A stretch of 64,000 bases of DNA from Pontimonas sp. Its GTDB lineage: Bacteria; Actinomycetota; Actinomycetes; Actinomycetales; Microbacteriaceae. Shown here one piece after another: positions 20,913 through 30,673 of the stretch. The stretch spans positions 2,525-66,524 of the forward strand of contig JBMSHQ010000001.1 of assembly GCA_049416945.1 (NCBI GenBank), written 5' to 3'. The notes under the pieces were generated by a model. That model was not told where the DNA came from. It made no database searches and worked only from the letters and a program-made list of their open reading frames with translations. The position numbers and the translations under genes are program-made. Position 1 is the first letter of the stretch; each line of letters begins with the position of its first letter.

Positions 20913-21811
20913 CAGCGTGCAGGGACCTCACCGGGTTCACTGCCCTGAACGATGGGGACTCGGACTGCACTGCCCCACTCGGTCCATGAGCCGTCGTAGT
21001 TGCGCACGTCCTCGATACCCATCAGGTGGCGCAAAACGAACCAGGTGTGACTGGACCGCTCACCAATCCGGCAGTAGGCAATGACCGGCAGCTCGCCGGT
21101 AATTCCGTGGTCGTCGCGGTAGATCTTCTGAAGCTCGTCGAGCGATTTGAAGGTGCCATCGTCGTTGGCTGCCTTACTCCACGGCACACTCGCCGCGGTT
21201 GGGATGTGACCGCCACGCAAAGCTCCTTCTTCAGGGTAGGCGGGCATGTGGGTGCGCTCTCCCGAATACTCCTCCGGACTTCTCACGTCGACCAGAGGTT
21301 TACCCAGGTGCTCCAACACGTCCTCTTTGAAAGCGCGAAGTGTCGAATCGTCACGCTCGATCACCGGGTAGTCCGTGGGCGCAGGAGTGGGTACCTCTTT
21401 GGTGAGCTCTCGCCCCTCGGCAATCCACTTGTCGCGACCCCCATTCACAATCCGCACGTCAGGGTGACCAAAGAGACTGAATACCCACAGAGCGTAGGTA
21501 GCCCACCAGTTGGACTTGTCGCCATAGAACACGACCGTGTCGTCGCGAGAGATGCCTTTTTTGGACATGAGTTCGGCGAATTGCTCCCCGGTGAGATAGT
21601 CACGCACGACCGGGTCATTCAATTCGGTGTGCCAGTCAATTTTCACCGAGCCTGGGATGTGCCCCGTGTCATAGAGCAGGATGTCTTCGTCGGATTCGAC
21701 CACGACGACACCGGGAGTGTTGAGGTTCTCCGCGAGCCATTGGGTGCTCACCAACCGCTCGGGGTGGGCGTATTGCTGAAGTTCTGCGGACGGGTCGGCT
21801 GCAACCGGCAC
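20909..21811 (-). CDS. sseA: Thiosulfate sulfurtransferase (tandem rhodanese, SseA-like)
   Basis: GHIPGSV, active-site [16 protein letters not shown]. Confidence 0.92.
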   Translation of the reverse strand: MPVAADPSAELQQYAHPERLVSTQWLAENLNTPGVVVVESDEDILLYDTGHIPGSVKIDWHTELNDPVVRDYLTGEQFAELMSKKGISRDDTVVFYGDKSNWWATYALWVFSLFGHPDVRIVNGGRDKWIAEGRELTKEVPTPAPTDYPVIERDDSTLRAFKEDVLEHLGKPLVDVRSPEEYSGERTHMPAYPEEGALRGGHIPTAASVPWSKAANDDGTFKSLDELQKIYRDDHGITGELPVIAYCRIGERSSHTWFVLRHLMGIEDVRNYDGSWTEWGSAVRVPIVQGSEPGEVPARW

Positions 21812-21916
21812 GTGTTCCTCCCAAAGTGATGGTGTGCGACCGTCTTCTCAGGAAGAGCGGCCGTAGACTGACGAGGTCTATTCTCGCATCGCAATGCTGG
21901 AAATCCCCGGGAGCAG

Positions 21917-22957
21917 GTGAGTTCGCCAGCCATGTCAGCGTCTGCTGTCCTCAGCCGACTCGTGGACCGTCACCCCGAGTTGAGTGTTGCCGCCATGCTC
22001 GCCCATTTTGTTCCGCCGGCGCAGTTTGAAAACGCTTCCCTCGACAACTATGTGCCCGATCCGAATTTTCCCTCGCAGGCCGACGCCCTCGAGACCGTCC
22101 GCCGGTTCGCGGTGGGCGGCACGTTTCGAGAAAAAAGCGGTTGGTTTTCTCGAGGGAAGAAGTCTGCCGCCGATGATCGACCTGGAATCTACCTTGACGG
22201 GGGATTCGGAGTGGGAAAAACGCACCTCTTAGCGGCGTTGTGGCATCTGACCCCGGGGCGCACCTACTACGGCACCTTCATTGAGTTCACCGCACTCGTC
22301 GGAGCTTTGGGCTACCGCGGAGCAGTCGATCACCTGAAGGGATCCGCCCTGCTCGCCATTGACGAATTTGAGTTGGATGACCCCGGCGACACGATGGTGA
22401 TGTCGCGATTGTTGGGAGAGCTTGTGGCGAGCGGCACGCGTCTCGCCGCGACCTCCAACACGCCACCCCATGCCTTAGGCGAGGGGCGCTTTGCCGCAGA
22501 GGATTTCCTCCGAGAAATCACTTCGCTTTCTGACAAATTCACGACGGTTCGAATCGAAGGCGAGGATTACCGCCGACGTGACTTCGAGGGTCACGCGGTG
22601 AGCTTCACCCCGGGGGACTTGGAGAACATTGCTTCGGCTACACGGGGGAGCATGACCCGAGATTCGTTTGGTGAGGTCATCGCACACCTGGCCACGATTC
22701 ACCCCAGTCGCTATGTCGGATTGGTGGAGGACCTCGACATGGTCATTCTCGACGAGGTCTATCAGCTTCACGATCAGGCGCAAGCGCTTCGACTGGTGGC
22801 GCTGGTCGACCGTCTTTACGACCAACAGGTCGCGATAGCCGCCAGCGGAGTTCCCCTCGATGACGTCTTTGACCAGACGATGCTCTCTGGTGGCTACCGA
22901 AAGAAGTACCTTCGCGCGGCCTCCCGAATGATTGCTCTATCCCGGATGGCTCAGTAG
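21917..22957 (+). CDS. zapE: Cell division ATPase ZapE (AFG1 family)
   Basis: Walker A GGFGVGKTH, IDEFELDD, ATSNTPP, VDRLYD. Confidence 0.88.
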   Translation: MSSPAMSASAVLSRLVDRHPELSVAAMLAHFVPPAQFENASLDNYVPDPNFPSQADALETVRRFAVGGTFREKSGWFSRGKKSAADDRPGIYLDGGFGVGKTHLLAALWHLTPGRTYYGTFIEFTALVGALGYRGAVDHLKGSALLAIDEFELDDPGDTMVMSRLLGELVASGTRLAATSNTPPHALGEGRFAAEDFLREITSLSDKFTTVRIEGEDYRRRDFEGHAVSFTPGDLENIASATRGSMTRDSFGEVIAHLATIHPSRYVGLVEDLDMVILDEVYQLHDQAQALRLVALVDRLYDQQVAIAASGVPLDDVFDQTMLSGGYRKKYLRAASRMIALSRMAQ

Positions 22958-23017
22958 CTTCCAGCTCCTCTTCGGGGTCGAGACCTAGACTGGCAGTTGG
23001 GCGAAAGGAGCTTCAGC

Positions 23018-24370
23018 GTGGCAAAAATGACGGCCGTCCCCCGCGGTGTCGGGCGCGAGCGCTATTTGGAGTCGCTGTGGATTGAGCGCATCCTGCGCCA
23101 AGAAACCATCGGTGGAGCAATCATTCTCGCGGCAGCTGCCCTCGCCCTCATTGCCGCCAATTCGCCACTAGCTGATTCATATTTTGGTCTCCGCGACGCC
23201 TACGTTTCCTTTTCCATTGGCGATTGGGGAGCCAAGATCTCCGTCGGACATCTGACCGCGGATGGTTTCCTGGCGATCTTCTTCTTTCTCGTGGGTTTAG
23301 AGCTCAAGCGTGAGTTCGTGGCCGGTGAGTTGCGTAATCCGCGCCAGGCCATCGTTCCCGTTGTGGCCGCCATCGGTGGGGTTATTGTGCCAGCCGCGAT
23401 TTACCTCTGGTTCACCCAGGGAGTCCCCGAGGCAGGCCGTGGCTGGGCCATCCCGATTGCCACCGATATCGCGTTTGCCCTCGCCGTGCTCGCCGTCGTG
23501 GGAACGTCGCTACCGCTTGCGCTGAGAACGTTCCTGTTGACCTTGGCAGTCGTAGACGACCTGATTGGTATCACCATCATCGCCGTGTTCTACACCGACG
23601 ACATCGATTGGGTGCCGATGGTGGGGGTCGTCCTTGGTCTCGCCGTATTCGGCTTCCTCGCCCAGCGCTACAGCCTGTTTTTCAAAATGCGCCCCGGTGC
23701 TGCCTGGGTCGTGCTCTTCCCCATTGGCATCGTGGTGTGGAGCTTCATGTACCAAACCGGTGTGCACGCCACTATCGCCGGTGTCCTGCTCGCCCTCACC
23801 GTGCCGGTCAAGCCCTCGGCAAATGACCCTGGTGAGCTCGCGGAGGATCATGGCGAAAGCCTGGCCGAGATTTTTGAGCACCGCTTCCGCCCGCTCTCTG
23901 CGGGAATCGCGGTTCCGCTCTTTGCTTTCTTCGCGGCGGGCGTGAGCTTAGGCGCTGCCGACCAATTCCTCACCCTGTTGCTCGATGACGTGACGCTGGG
24001 AATCATCTTCGCCCTCATCGTGGGCAAGGCCATTGGGGTGACGCTGGGAACAGCGCTGGTGGTGCTGCTCCCCGGAGTGAAACTTCCCCAGGGTGTGGCA
24101 TGGATTGACCTGTTGGGTGTGGCTCTTCTTGCGGGAATCGGCTTCACGGTCTCGCTGTTGATTGGTGAGTTGAGTTTTGGCCCGGGAACGCTGCTTGGAG
24201 ACGAAGCCAAGATCGGAATTCTTTTTGGCAGCCTCGGTGCCGCGCTCCTCGCGGCGCTACTTCTGGGCGTCAGGAATCGTCGTTATCGTGCGCAACTAGC
24301 GGATGAGTCTCGAGATTCAAACCGCGACGGAATTCCGGATGTGTTCCAGCAGTCCGAAACACAGTCTTAA
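23018..24370 (+). CDS. nhaA: Na+/H+ antiporter NhaA
   Basis: FFFLVGLELKRE, GWAIPIATDIAF, LAVVDDL, GVHATIAG, GIGFTVSL; RBS AAGGAG. Confidence 0.93.
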   Translation: MAKMTAVPRGVGRERYLESLWIERILRQETIGGAIILAAAALALIAANSPLADSYFGLRDAYVSFSIGDWGAKISVGHLTADGFLAIFFFLVGLELKREFVAGELRNPRQAIVPVVAAIGGVIVPAAIYLWFTQGVPEAGRGWAIPIATDIAFALAVLAVVGTSLPLALRTFLLTLAVVDDLIGITIIAVFYTDDIDWVPMVGVVLGLAVFGFLAQRYSLFFKMRPGAAWVVLFPIGIVVWSFMYQTGVHATIAGVLLALTVPVKPSANDPGELAEDHGESLAEIFEHRFRPLSAGIAVPLFAFFAAGVSLGAADQFLTLLLDDVTLGIIFALIVGKAIGVTLGTALVVLLPGVKLPQGVAWIDLLGVALLAGIGFTVSLLIGELSFGPGTLLGDEAKIGILFGSLGAALLAALLLGVRNRRYRAQLADESRDSNRDGIPDVFQQSETQS

Positions 24371-24430
24371 CACTTCCCGGCCACCGGAAACATGGTCGTA
24401 ACGCTTTTGTTGCGTTAGTAGAAACGTTTC
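24367..24430 (+). promoter_or_regulatory. Putative GlnR boxes upstream of amt
   Basis: GAAAC-n6-GTAAC at 24387-24402, plus TTAAC at 24367 and palindromic GAAACGTTTC at 24421-24430; resembles the GTnAC-n6-GAAAC GlnR consensus. Confidence 0.55.
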
Positions 24431-24504
24431 TCTCCCACACTGGGGTCAGCTGTGGGCACCGTGCACGAGGTGTCCCGGTCCCGTAACTACTTTGAGGGGG
24501 AACT

Positions 24505-25722
24505 ATGGATACTGGCGAATTGGCCTGGGCCGTCACCGCCACCGCTTTGGTGCTGTTGATGACGCCCGGCGTTGCCTTCTTCTACGGCGGTTTGGTGAAA
24601 GCCAAGAGCGTCGTGAGCATGATGATGATGAGCTTCGGAGCCCTGGCACTCGTTGCTGTGCTGTGGGTGCTATACGGCTTCAACATGTCGGCAGTGGGGT
24701 CAACCTGGGATTTCTCGGGCAACCCATTCTCTGACTTCGGTTTAGCCGGCATCGCGACCGACAATGAGTCTTTGATCGGTGCTGCCTTTGGCGCTACCTT
24801 TGCCATCATCACCACGGCGCTGATTTCTGGCGCCATCGCCGACCGCGCGAAGTTCGGCTCCTGGATGGTGTTCACGGCACTGTGGTCCACTTTGGTGTAC
24901 TTCCCGGTCGCAGCCTGGGTCTGGGGTGGCGGTTGGATCATGGGTCTGGGTGACGCGATGGGTCTTCCCTCGGTCATTGACTATGCGGGTGGTACGGCCG
25001 TTCACATCAACGCCGGTGCCGCGGCTCTAGCCCTTGCGCTGGTGCTGGGTCGTCGCGTGGTGTTTGAAAAGGGAGCGCACAAGCCGCACAACGTGCCGCT
25101 GGTGATGCTCGGCGCCGCGCTGCTGTGGTTCGGCTGGTTTGGCTTTAACGCCGGTGCCGAGTTCCTCAACGACATGGAACTGGTCGGTTTGATTTCGCTC
25201 AACACCCTTGCAGCTACTGCGGCGGCCATCCTCGGATGGTTGGTCGTAGAAAAGATCAAGGACGGCAAGCCCACCTCCGTGGGTGCAGCGTCTGGTGCGG
25301 TCAGTGGTCTGGTTGCCATTACGCCGGCCTGTGCCAACCTGACCCCGACCTACGCGGTCATTCTGGGAATTGCCGCGGGTGTACTCGCCGCTCTCGCGGT
25401 AGAGCTCAAGTACAAGCTCGGTTACGACGACTCGCTCGACGTGGTGGGTATCCACCTCGTCGCGGGAATGATCGGAACCTTGTACCTCGGGTTCTTCGCC
25501 ACCGACACCGGCCTGTTCACCGGTGGTGACTTCGGTCAGCTGATCACCCAAGCAATCGCCTCGGTGGGCGTCCTGGTCTACTCCTTCGTTGTCGCCCTCG
25601 TCTTGGGCTTCGCGATCGAGAAGACCATGGGCTTCCGCATTACCAACGAGGACGAGATTGCGGGAATCGACACCATCGTCCACGGTGAAGAGGGCTACGC
25701 CCTCGAGGGCGAGCGGGTCTAA
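24505..25722 (+). CDS. amtB: Ammonium transporter
   Basis: MTPGVAFFYGG, ISGAIADR, DYAGGTAVH, LWFGWFGFN, DDSLDVVGIH. Confidence 0.95.
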   Translation: MDTGELAWAVTATALVLLMTPGVAFFYGGLVKAKSVVSMMMMSFGALALVAVLWVLYGFNMSAVGSTWDFSGNPFSDFGLAGIATDNESLIGAAFGATFAIITTALISGAIADRAKFGSWMVFTALWSTLVYFPVAAWVWGGGWIMGLGDAMGLPSVIDYAGGTAVHINAGAAALALALVLGRRVVFEKGAHKPHNVPLVMLGAALLWFGWFGFNAGAEFLNDMELVGLISLNTLAATAAAILGWLVVEKIKDGKPTSVGAASGAVSGLVAITPACANLTPTYAVILGIAAGVLAALAVELKYKLGYDDSLDVVGIHLVAGMIGTLYLGFFATDTGLFTGGDFGQLITQAIASVGVLVYSFVVALVLGFAIEKTMGFRITNEDEIAGIDTIVHGEEGYALEGERV

Positions 25723-25736
25723 CTCCCTCCCCGCGG

Positions 25737-25764
25737 AAGAGGGGGCCTTCGGGCCCCCTCTTTT
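25737..25764 (+). terminator. Intrinsic terminator after amt
   Basis: AAGAGGGGGCC-TTCG-GGCCCCCTCTT followed by TT. Confidence 0.88.
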
Positions 25765-25820
25765 GGCGTGTCCCGCTGGCGCTCCCACTACGCTCGATAG
25801 GACCATCGTGAAGGGGACAG

Positions 25821-26336
25821 ATGTCGACAACTCGTGAACGGGCACCCGGACGCTCGGGCATGCGGATGGTGTTCGGATTGAGCGTCCTCGTGCTCTACAC
25901 GGCCTTCATCTTGGTGGTCACACTCTCGCCCGCTCAAATGGACGTCAACTACCAAAACGCCGTGATTCGGCTTCTCGATGCCTTGCACCGAAACGGTGTC
26001 CCCCAGTGGTTTGGCTATGGGGAGGTGGAGTTTTTGGCGAATGTGGCCATGTTTGTCCCCTTTGGTTTTTTGGTCGCCATCCTGTTGCCCCAGCGGCTAT
26101 CGATTCTTACCGTTCTCGTCGGGCCTGCTTTTTCTGGGTTTGTGGAGAATTTCCAGCGGCAGTTTCTCGACGAACGGGTGGCCAGCATTTATGACGTCTA
26201 TGCCAACTCGGCGGGTGCGATAGGGGGCTTGATAGTGGCCGCCCTGCTTCGAGGCGTGATTCACGCCCGCGATCGTCGGGTCATCGCGCGCGCTATTTGG
26301 CAATATGAACAGGGAATGACGCCGACCGGTCGGTAG
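25821..26336 (+). CDS. VanZ family membrane protein
   Basis: EFLANVAMFVPFG, VENFQ, RVASIYDVYANSAG. Confidence 0.85.
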   Translation: MSTTRERAPGRSGMRMVFGLSVLVLYTAFILVVTLSPAQMDVNYQNAVIRLLDALHRNGVPQWFGYGEVEFLANVAMFVPFGFLVAILLPQRLSILTVLVGPAFSGFVENFQRQFLDERVASIYDVYANSAGAIGGLIVAALLRGVIHARDRRVIARAIWQYEQGMTPTGR

Positions 26337-26403
26337 TGTCAAAGCATCCTTCTACACTGGCTGAAATACAAAAAAGGGGTGTGACATTCCGACTCGAAGC
26401 CCG

Positions 26404-27327
26404 GTGTTGCTTCTGACGTTCAACCGTCCCGACACTACCCAGCGAGTGCTTGACACTGTTGTAGCCGCTCGTCCGTCGGCGGTGTATCTCTTCAGTGACG
26501 GGCCACGGTTGGATAACTCCGAAGACGCTGCTTTGGTGGCTGACACACGTGCGTTGATGGATTCGGTCCTCGCCGATCACCCTCAAGTTCACCGCCGCTA
26601 TATGGAGGACAATCAGGGTCTATTCCGCGGCGTCTCAGGAGCACTTGACTGGTTTTTCTCGAACGTGGAAGAGGGAATCATTTTGGAGGACGATTGTGTT
26701 CCTCACCCCGACTTCTTCGTCTACTGCGATGAGCTCTTGGAAAAATACCGGGACGACGAGAGGGTGTGGTGTATCTCGGGGGACAACTCTTTGGAATTGC
26801 CCGTCTCTGGGGGTGTCAGCTACGGCTTCATCCGAGACCCGCTGATCTGGGGCTGGGCCACCTGGCGTCGCGCCTGGACCCATTTTGATCGCGACTTCTC
26901 TTTTTGGTCAGAAATACGGGGCACCCGAAGAGAAAAAGAACTGTATCCCGATCGCGTCGAACGCAAGATTCGGCGCGGAGTGTTTGATCGCTACGCCAAG
27001 GGAATTGATGCGTGGGCATTCAAATGGAAGATGACCCTGCAGTATCACGGGGGATTGGCGGCTGTTCCTCGAGTGAACTTGGTGAGCAACATTGGGTGGA
27101 ATCGACCAGACGCCACTCACACCAAGGGTGATTCGCTCAAAGCTAATAGGCCCACCTTCCCTATTCTGCCCCTCGTGCATCCCCGCGCAGTGGAGGTGGA
27201 CCAGGCAGCCCAAAGGGAGTTCGTTGAATCTCGTGGTCTAGGAGTGAAGAAGCATCGGTTGTCCTACAAAGTCGCGAAGGCTGTGGGGCGCGCGAGACGC
27301 GCAATGGGAAAGGCTCTTGGACGATGA
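26404..27327 (+). CDS. GT-A fold glycosyltransferase (HlpA-like / nucleotide-diphospho-sugar transferase); start uncertain
   Basis: FNRPDTT, SDGPR, IILEDDCVP, WGWATWRRAW, NLVSNIG, ATHT. Confidence 0.82.
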   Translation: MLLLTFNRPDTTQRVLDTVVAARPSAVYLFSDGPRLDNSEDAALVADTRALMDSVLADHPQVHRRYMEDNQGLFRGVSGALDWFFSNVEEGIILEDDCVPHPDFFVYCDELLEKYRDDERVWCISGDNSLELPVSGGVSYGFIRDPLIWGWATWRRAWTHFDRDFSFWSEIRGTRREKELYPDRVERKIRRGVFDRYAKGIDAWAFKWKMTLQYHGGLAAVPRVNLVSNIGWNRPDATHTKGDSLKANRPTFPILPLVHPRAVEVDQAAQREFVESRGLGVKKHRLSYKVAKAVGRARRAMGKALGR

Positions 27328-28208
27328 AGAACAGCGTGAATCGACTCGCTGACGCGGCTCGCGGCGTAGCCATTGGCGCCGCCGAGGTCGTTCCCGGTGT
27401 AAGCGGCGGAACGATCGCGCTGATTACCGGCGTGTATGACACCTTGATTGGTTCTGCGGCGACATTGATTCGGGCTATGGCGGGTTCGCTCCGCTCTGCT
27501 GGCAGGAGAGAGCGCTGGCAGGAGGTCGGCGCCCTTCCGTGGGCACGCGTGGTCACTATCTTGCTCGGAATGGCGCTAGCGATCGTCCTTGCCGCCCGGA
27601 TTCTCGAGCCTCTGATTGAGGGCTATCCCGAGCACACCCGCGCCGTATTTCTTGGGCTCATCCTCGCCTCACTCTCGATTCCCCTGAGCATGGCAGGGGG
27701 AATCACGAACCCTGGCGCTGCGGTGATTGTTCTGGTCGCGGCCGTCGCTGCTTTTTTCCTCACCGGAATTCCTCCCACTTCCTTTGACTCACCGTCGAGC
27801 GTCGTCGTGCTGTTAGCGGCGGCAGTCGCGGTGTGTGCGCTCGTATTGCCGGGGGTGTCGGGCTCATTCCTTCTCGTGGGAATCGGTTTGTATCAACCCA
27901 CCATCGAGGCGGTGAACAACCGTGATCTCGGTTACTTGGGTGTATTTGCCGCCGGGGCCGTGTTGGGCCTATCGAGTTTTGTGGTGGTTCTCCAGTGGCT
28001 TCTCTCCCGCCACCAGAGGGTGACCCTATTGGTGATGGCGGGGCTTATGGCGGGCTCCACGAGGGCGCTGTGGCCCTGGCAGACAGAGGACCGTGTGTTG
28101 CTCGCCCCGACAGACAATTGGATCGTCATGGTGGGATTAGCCAGAGTCGGGGTCCTGAGTGTGGTTGGACTGATGCGCTGGGAGAAAGCGCTTGCGCGGC
28201 CAGCCTAG
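27324..28208 (+). CDS. DUF368 family membrane protein (undecaprenyl-phosphate translocase family)
   Basis: Two signature repeats VPGVSGGTIA and LPGVSGSF; LWPWQ. Confidence 0.9.
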   Translation: MKNSVNRLADAARGVAIGAAEVVPGVSGGTIALITGVYDTLIGSAATLIRAMAGSLRSAGRRERWQEVGALPWARVVTILLGMALAIVLAARILEPLIEGYPEHTRAVFLGLILASLSIPLSMAGGITNPGAAVIVLVAAVAAFFLTGIPPTSFDSPSSVVVLLAAAVAVCALVLPGVSGSFLLVGIGLYQPTIEAVNNRDLGYLGVFAAGAVLGLSSFVVVLQWLLSRHQRVTLLVMAGLMAGSTRALWPWQTEDRVLLAPTDNWIVMVGLARVGVLSVVGLMRWEKALARPA

Positions 28209-28660
28209 GCAGGCTGGAGAGCATCCTCTTTGAGTGAGGTTTTCCACTTCACGAGCGAACGCACCAGCTCACTGGGGTCCTCGGCGAGTTTCTCCATGGC
28301 GTCTTCGGGAACCCAATAGTTCACAGCAACAAAAGACCGGACCCGTTCGTTTTCGTCGGAGGCCAGTTGACGCAACACGTCACATGGCGTTTTGGGATTG
28401 CGGGCGAGGCATTCGCGCACCGATGCCTCGGGGTCACGAGCAAGAGCCTCGTAAATCTCAGTCGGGGCGTGGTAGCTCAGCGCAACGCTCTCACGGATCT
28501 TCTTGTTGGGGTCCTTCGCCATGGTGCGCAGACGACTGATTTTGGAATCCGTCACCGTGGGGGAGAGAAACTGCGCGACAGGCTCATCGCTGCGGTTGTG
28601 GTCGACCAGCGATTTCATCTGCTCGCGTTGCGGAGCTGTGTTGAACCGAATGCACGACAT
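28205..28660 (-). CDS. Small LRV/HEAT-like repeat protein
   Basis: About 24-aa repeats: MAKDPNKKIRESVA, LARDPEASVRECLARNP, LASDENERVRSFVA, LAEDPSELVR. Confidence 0.75.
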   Translation of the reverse strand: MSCIRFNTAPQREQMKSLVDHNRSDEPVAQFLSPTVTDSKISRLRTMAKDPNKKIRESVALSYHAPTEIYEALARDPEASVRECLARNPKTPCDVLRQLASDENERVRSFVAVNYWVPEDAMEKLAEDPSELVRSLVKWKTSLKEDALQPA

Positions 28661-28765
28661 GACGCTTACGGTAGAACACGGGCGGCGACGACGCCATCCG
28701 CCACGCGCGAGACGCACGTAGTTTTCAGTCAATTCTGAGCTTCCTGCTCGCAATAGGATGAGCAC

Positions 28766-29389
28766 GTGGCGGAGGATGGCGCAATATCCAATCGGGTGTT
28801 CACTATTCCCAACATCATCAGCTTCGCCCGACTTCTCACCATTCCCGTGTTTTTGTGGCTGGTCTACGCGGGTCACGAATTAGCCGGTTTCATCGTGTTG
28901 GTAGTCGCCGTATCGACGGACTTTGTAGACGGGCTGGTGGCTCGCAAGCTCAACCAGATATCCAGGCTGGGGATGTTTCTCGACCCCTTGGCTGACCGGC
29001 TGTTTATTGCAGCAGTCGTTGTCGCACTCGCCATCCGCGATGTGGTGCCGCTGTGGCTCGTGATTCTCGTCGTTCTGCGCGATGTCCTTCTCGGCATCGG
29101 TGCAGCGATTCTCAGTAGGTATGGCGCGGGAGTGTTGCCGGTGAAGTGGATGGGCAAGTGGGCGACCTTTGCGCTTCTCGCCTCTCTACCACTGTTTTTG
29201 TTGGCGGCGCTGGTGCAGCCGATCGAAGTGGTGGTGGTTCCTTTTGCCTGGGCTGTGGCTCTTGCGGGTACGGTCCTCTATTGGTGGGTGGGGTTCATTT
29301 ATCTCTTTGATGCGCTTCGTATTGTCCGCGAATCTGGTTCTGAGCACCCCTCCGATTCCGCTACGCTGAAACCCACGAAAGTGGGGTAG
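28766..29389 (+). CDS. CDP-alcohol phosphatidyltransferase (PgsA2-like)
   Basis: TIPNIISFAR, TDFVDGLVAR...LGMFLDPLADR. Confidence 0.9.
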   Translation: MAEDGAISNRVFTIPNIISFARLLTIPVFLWLVYAGHELAGFIVLVVAVSTDFVDGLVARKLNQISRLGMFLDPLADRLFIAAVVVALAIRDVVPLWLVILVVLRDVLLGIGAAILSRYGAGVLPVKWMGKWATFALLASLPLFLLAALVQPIEVVVVPFAWAVALAGTVLYWWVGFIYLFDALRIVRESGSEHPSDSATLKPTKVG

Positions 29390-29392
29390 GCA

Positions 29393-29851
29393 ATGTCGGA
29401 TGATCTCAACGCTGAGAACACACCTGACGCCTCAACCACCCAACGATTTGGTCCCGAATTCAAAGAACAACTCCAGGGCCTTGAGGGTGGTCTGAGCCAG
29501 GAGGAGCAGGAAATTGTTCACGCCCTCCCGGCTGGGTCGGCTCTGTTGATTGTCCGTCGTGGCCCGGCGGTAGGCGCGCGTTTTTTGCTCGATCAGGACA
29601 GGACGGTTGCAGGCCGCCATCCTGATGCCGATATCTTCCTCGACGACGTCACCGTCTCTCGGCGTCACGCGGAATTCGTGCGTCATGGTTCATCTTTTGA
29701 GGTGCGTGACCTCGGTTCGCTCAATGGCACGTATTTTGATGGGGTGCTGATTGACCAGGCTCTGCTGCACGAAGGAGCAGAGGTCCAGGTGGGGAAGTTT
29801 CGCATGACGTTCTACCCATCCCCATCCGATAACCCGGATCGAGGGTCGTAG
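29393..29851 (+). CDS. garA: FHA-domain regulator, GarA/OdhI family
   Basis: GRHPDADIFLDDVTVSRRHA, DLGSLNGTY; N-terminal STT resembling the phospho-Thr site. Confidence 0.85.
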   Translation: MSDDLNAENTPDASTTQRFGPEFKEQLQGLEGGLSQEEQEIVHALPAGSALLIVRRGPAVGARFLLDQDRTVAGRHPDADIFLDDVTVSRRHAEFVRHGSSFEVRDLGSLNGTYFDGVLIDQALLHEGAEVQVGKFRMTFYPSPSDNPDRGS

Positions 29852-30553
29852 GTGGCGGCCGCTCGCGCGGCCAGTGTGCGCTCCAGCGCTGGCCAGAGTC
29901 TTTTGTCAATTGGGCAGGTGCTTCAGCGTCTCACCGGCGAGTTTCCGGACCTCTCGCCGTCCAAACTGAGGTTCTTGGAAGACCGAGACCTAATCAAGCC
30001 CGGACGCACCCCCGCGGGTTACCGCACCTATTCCACCCAGGATGTGGAGCGCCTGCGCTTCATTTTGGGCGTTCAGCGAGACCACTACTTGCCGCTGAAA
30101 GTCATCAGGCAGTATCTCGACGATATTGACGCGGGCTTATCGCCTGAGCTCCCCGGGGTCACCAAGTTGGTGCAGACAACCGTGGTGGGTCGCGTGGGTG
30201 CGCTCGAGAAGAAAGAGCTGTGCGAGAAAGCGGGGGCAAGCGTGGCGTTGGTTGACGAAGCCATCGCCCAGGGCCTCATCCCGGCAGGGAAGCTGTTTGA
30301 CCAGCACCATCTGAGAATCGTTGAGACGTTGGTCTCGGCCAATCAGTTTGGTGTCACCCCTCGCCATTTGCGGGGACTGTCGCTTCAGGTGGAGCGCGAA
30401 GTGGACCTGGTCGTGCGTGCGGTGGGTTCGCATCGCTCGTCCAACCCCAGGCAGCAACGCTCGGCGGGGGAGGCGCAGCGAGAGCTCGCCGAAGTCGTCG
30501 GAACACTCCGATCGGTCCTTATGCGCCAGGCCCTTGACGGGCTAGAGTCGTAG
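29852..30553 (+). CDS. ftsR: MerR-family regulator FtsR (Rv1828-like)
   Basis: LSIGQVL..L..EFPDLSPSKLRFLE, RTPAGYR, QRDHYLPLKVI; directly after garA. Confidence 0.82.
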   Translation: MAAARAASVRSSAGQSLLSIGQVLQRLTGEFPDLSPSKLRFLEDRDLIKPGRTPAGYRTYSTQDVERLRFILGVQRDHYLPLKVIRQYLDDIDAGLSPELPGVTKLVQTTVVGRVGALEKKELCEKAGASVALVDEAIAQGLIPAGKLFDQHHLRIVETLVSANQFGVTPRHLRGLSLQVEREVDLVVRAVGSHRSSNPRQQRSAGEAQRELAEVVGTLRSVLMRQALDGLES

Positions 30554-30673
30554 GGTCGCTCGTACGACACGCCCGGAGTAGTGACTTCGGGGACAATCCG
30601 GTTTTCTGCTGGCAGGCCAGTAGTGTTGGTGGGCACGCTTAACCATCAACTAGAAGATGAAGGTTGGGTTTCG

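Noticed and set aside
25027-25845. 272-aa antisense ORF
   Set aside because: Shadow of amt; crosses the terminator.
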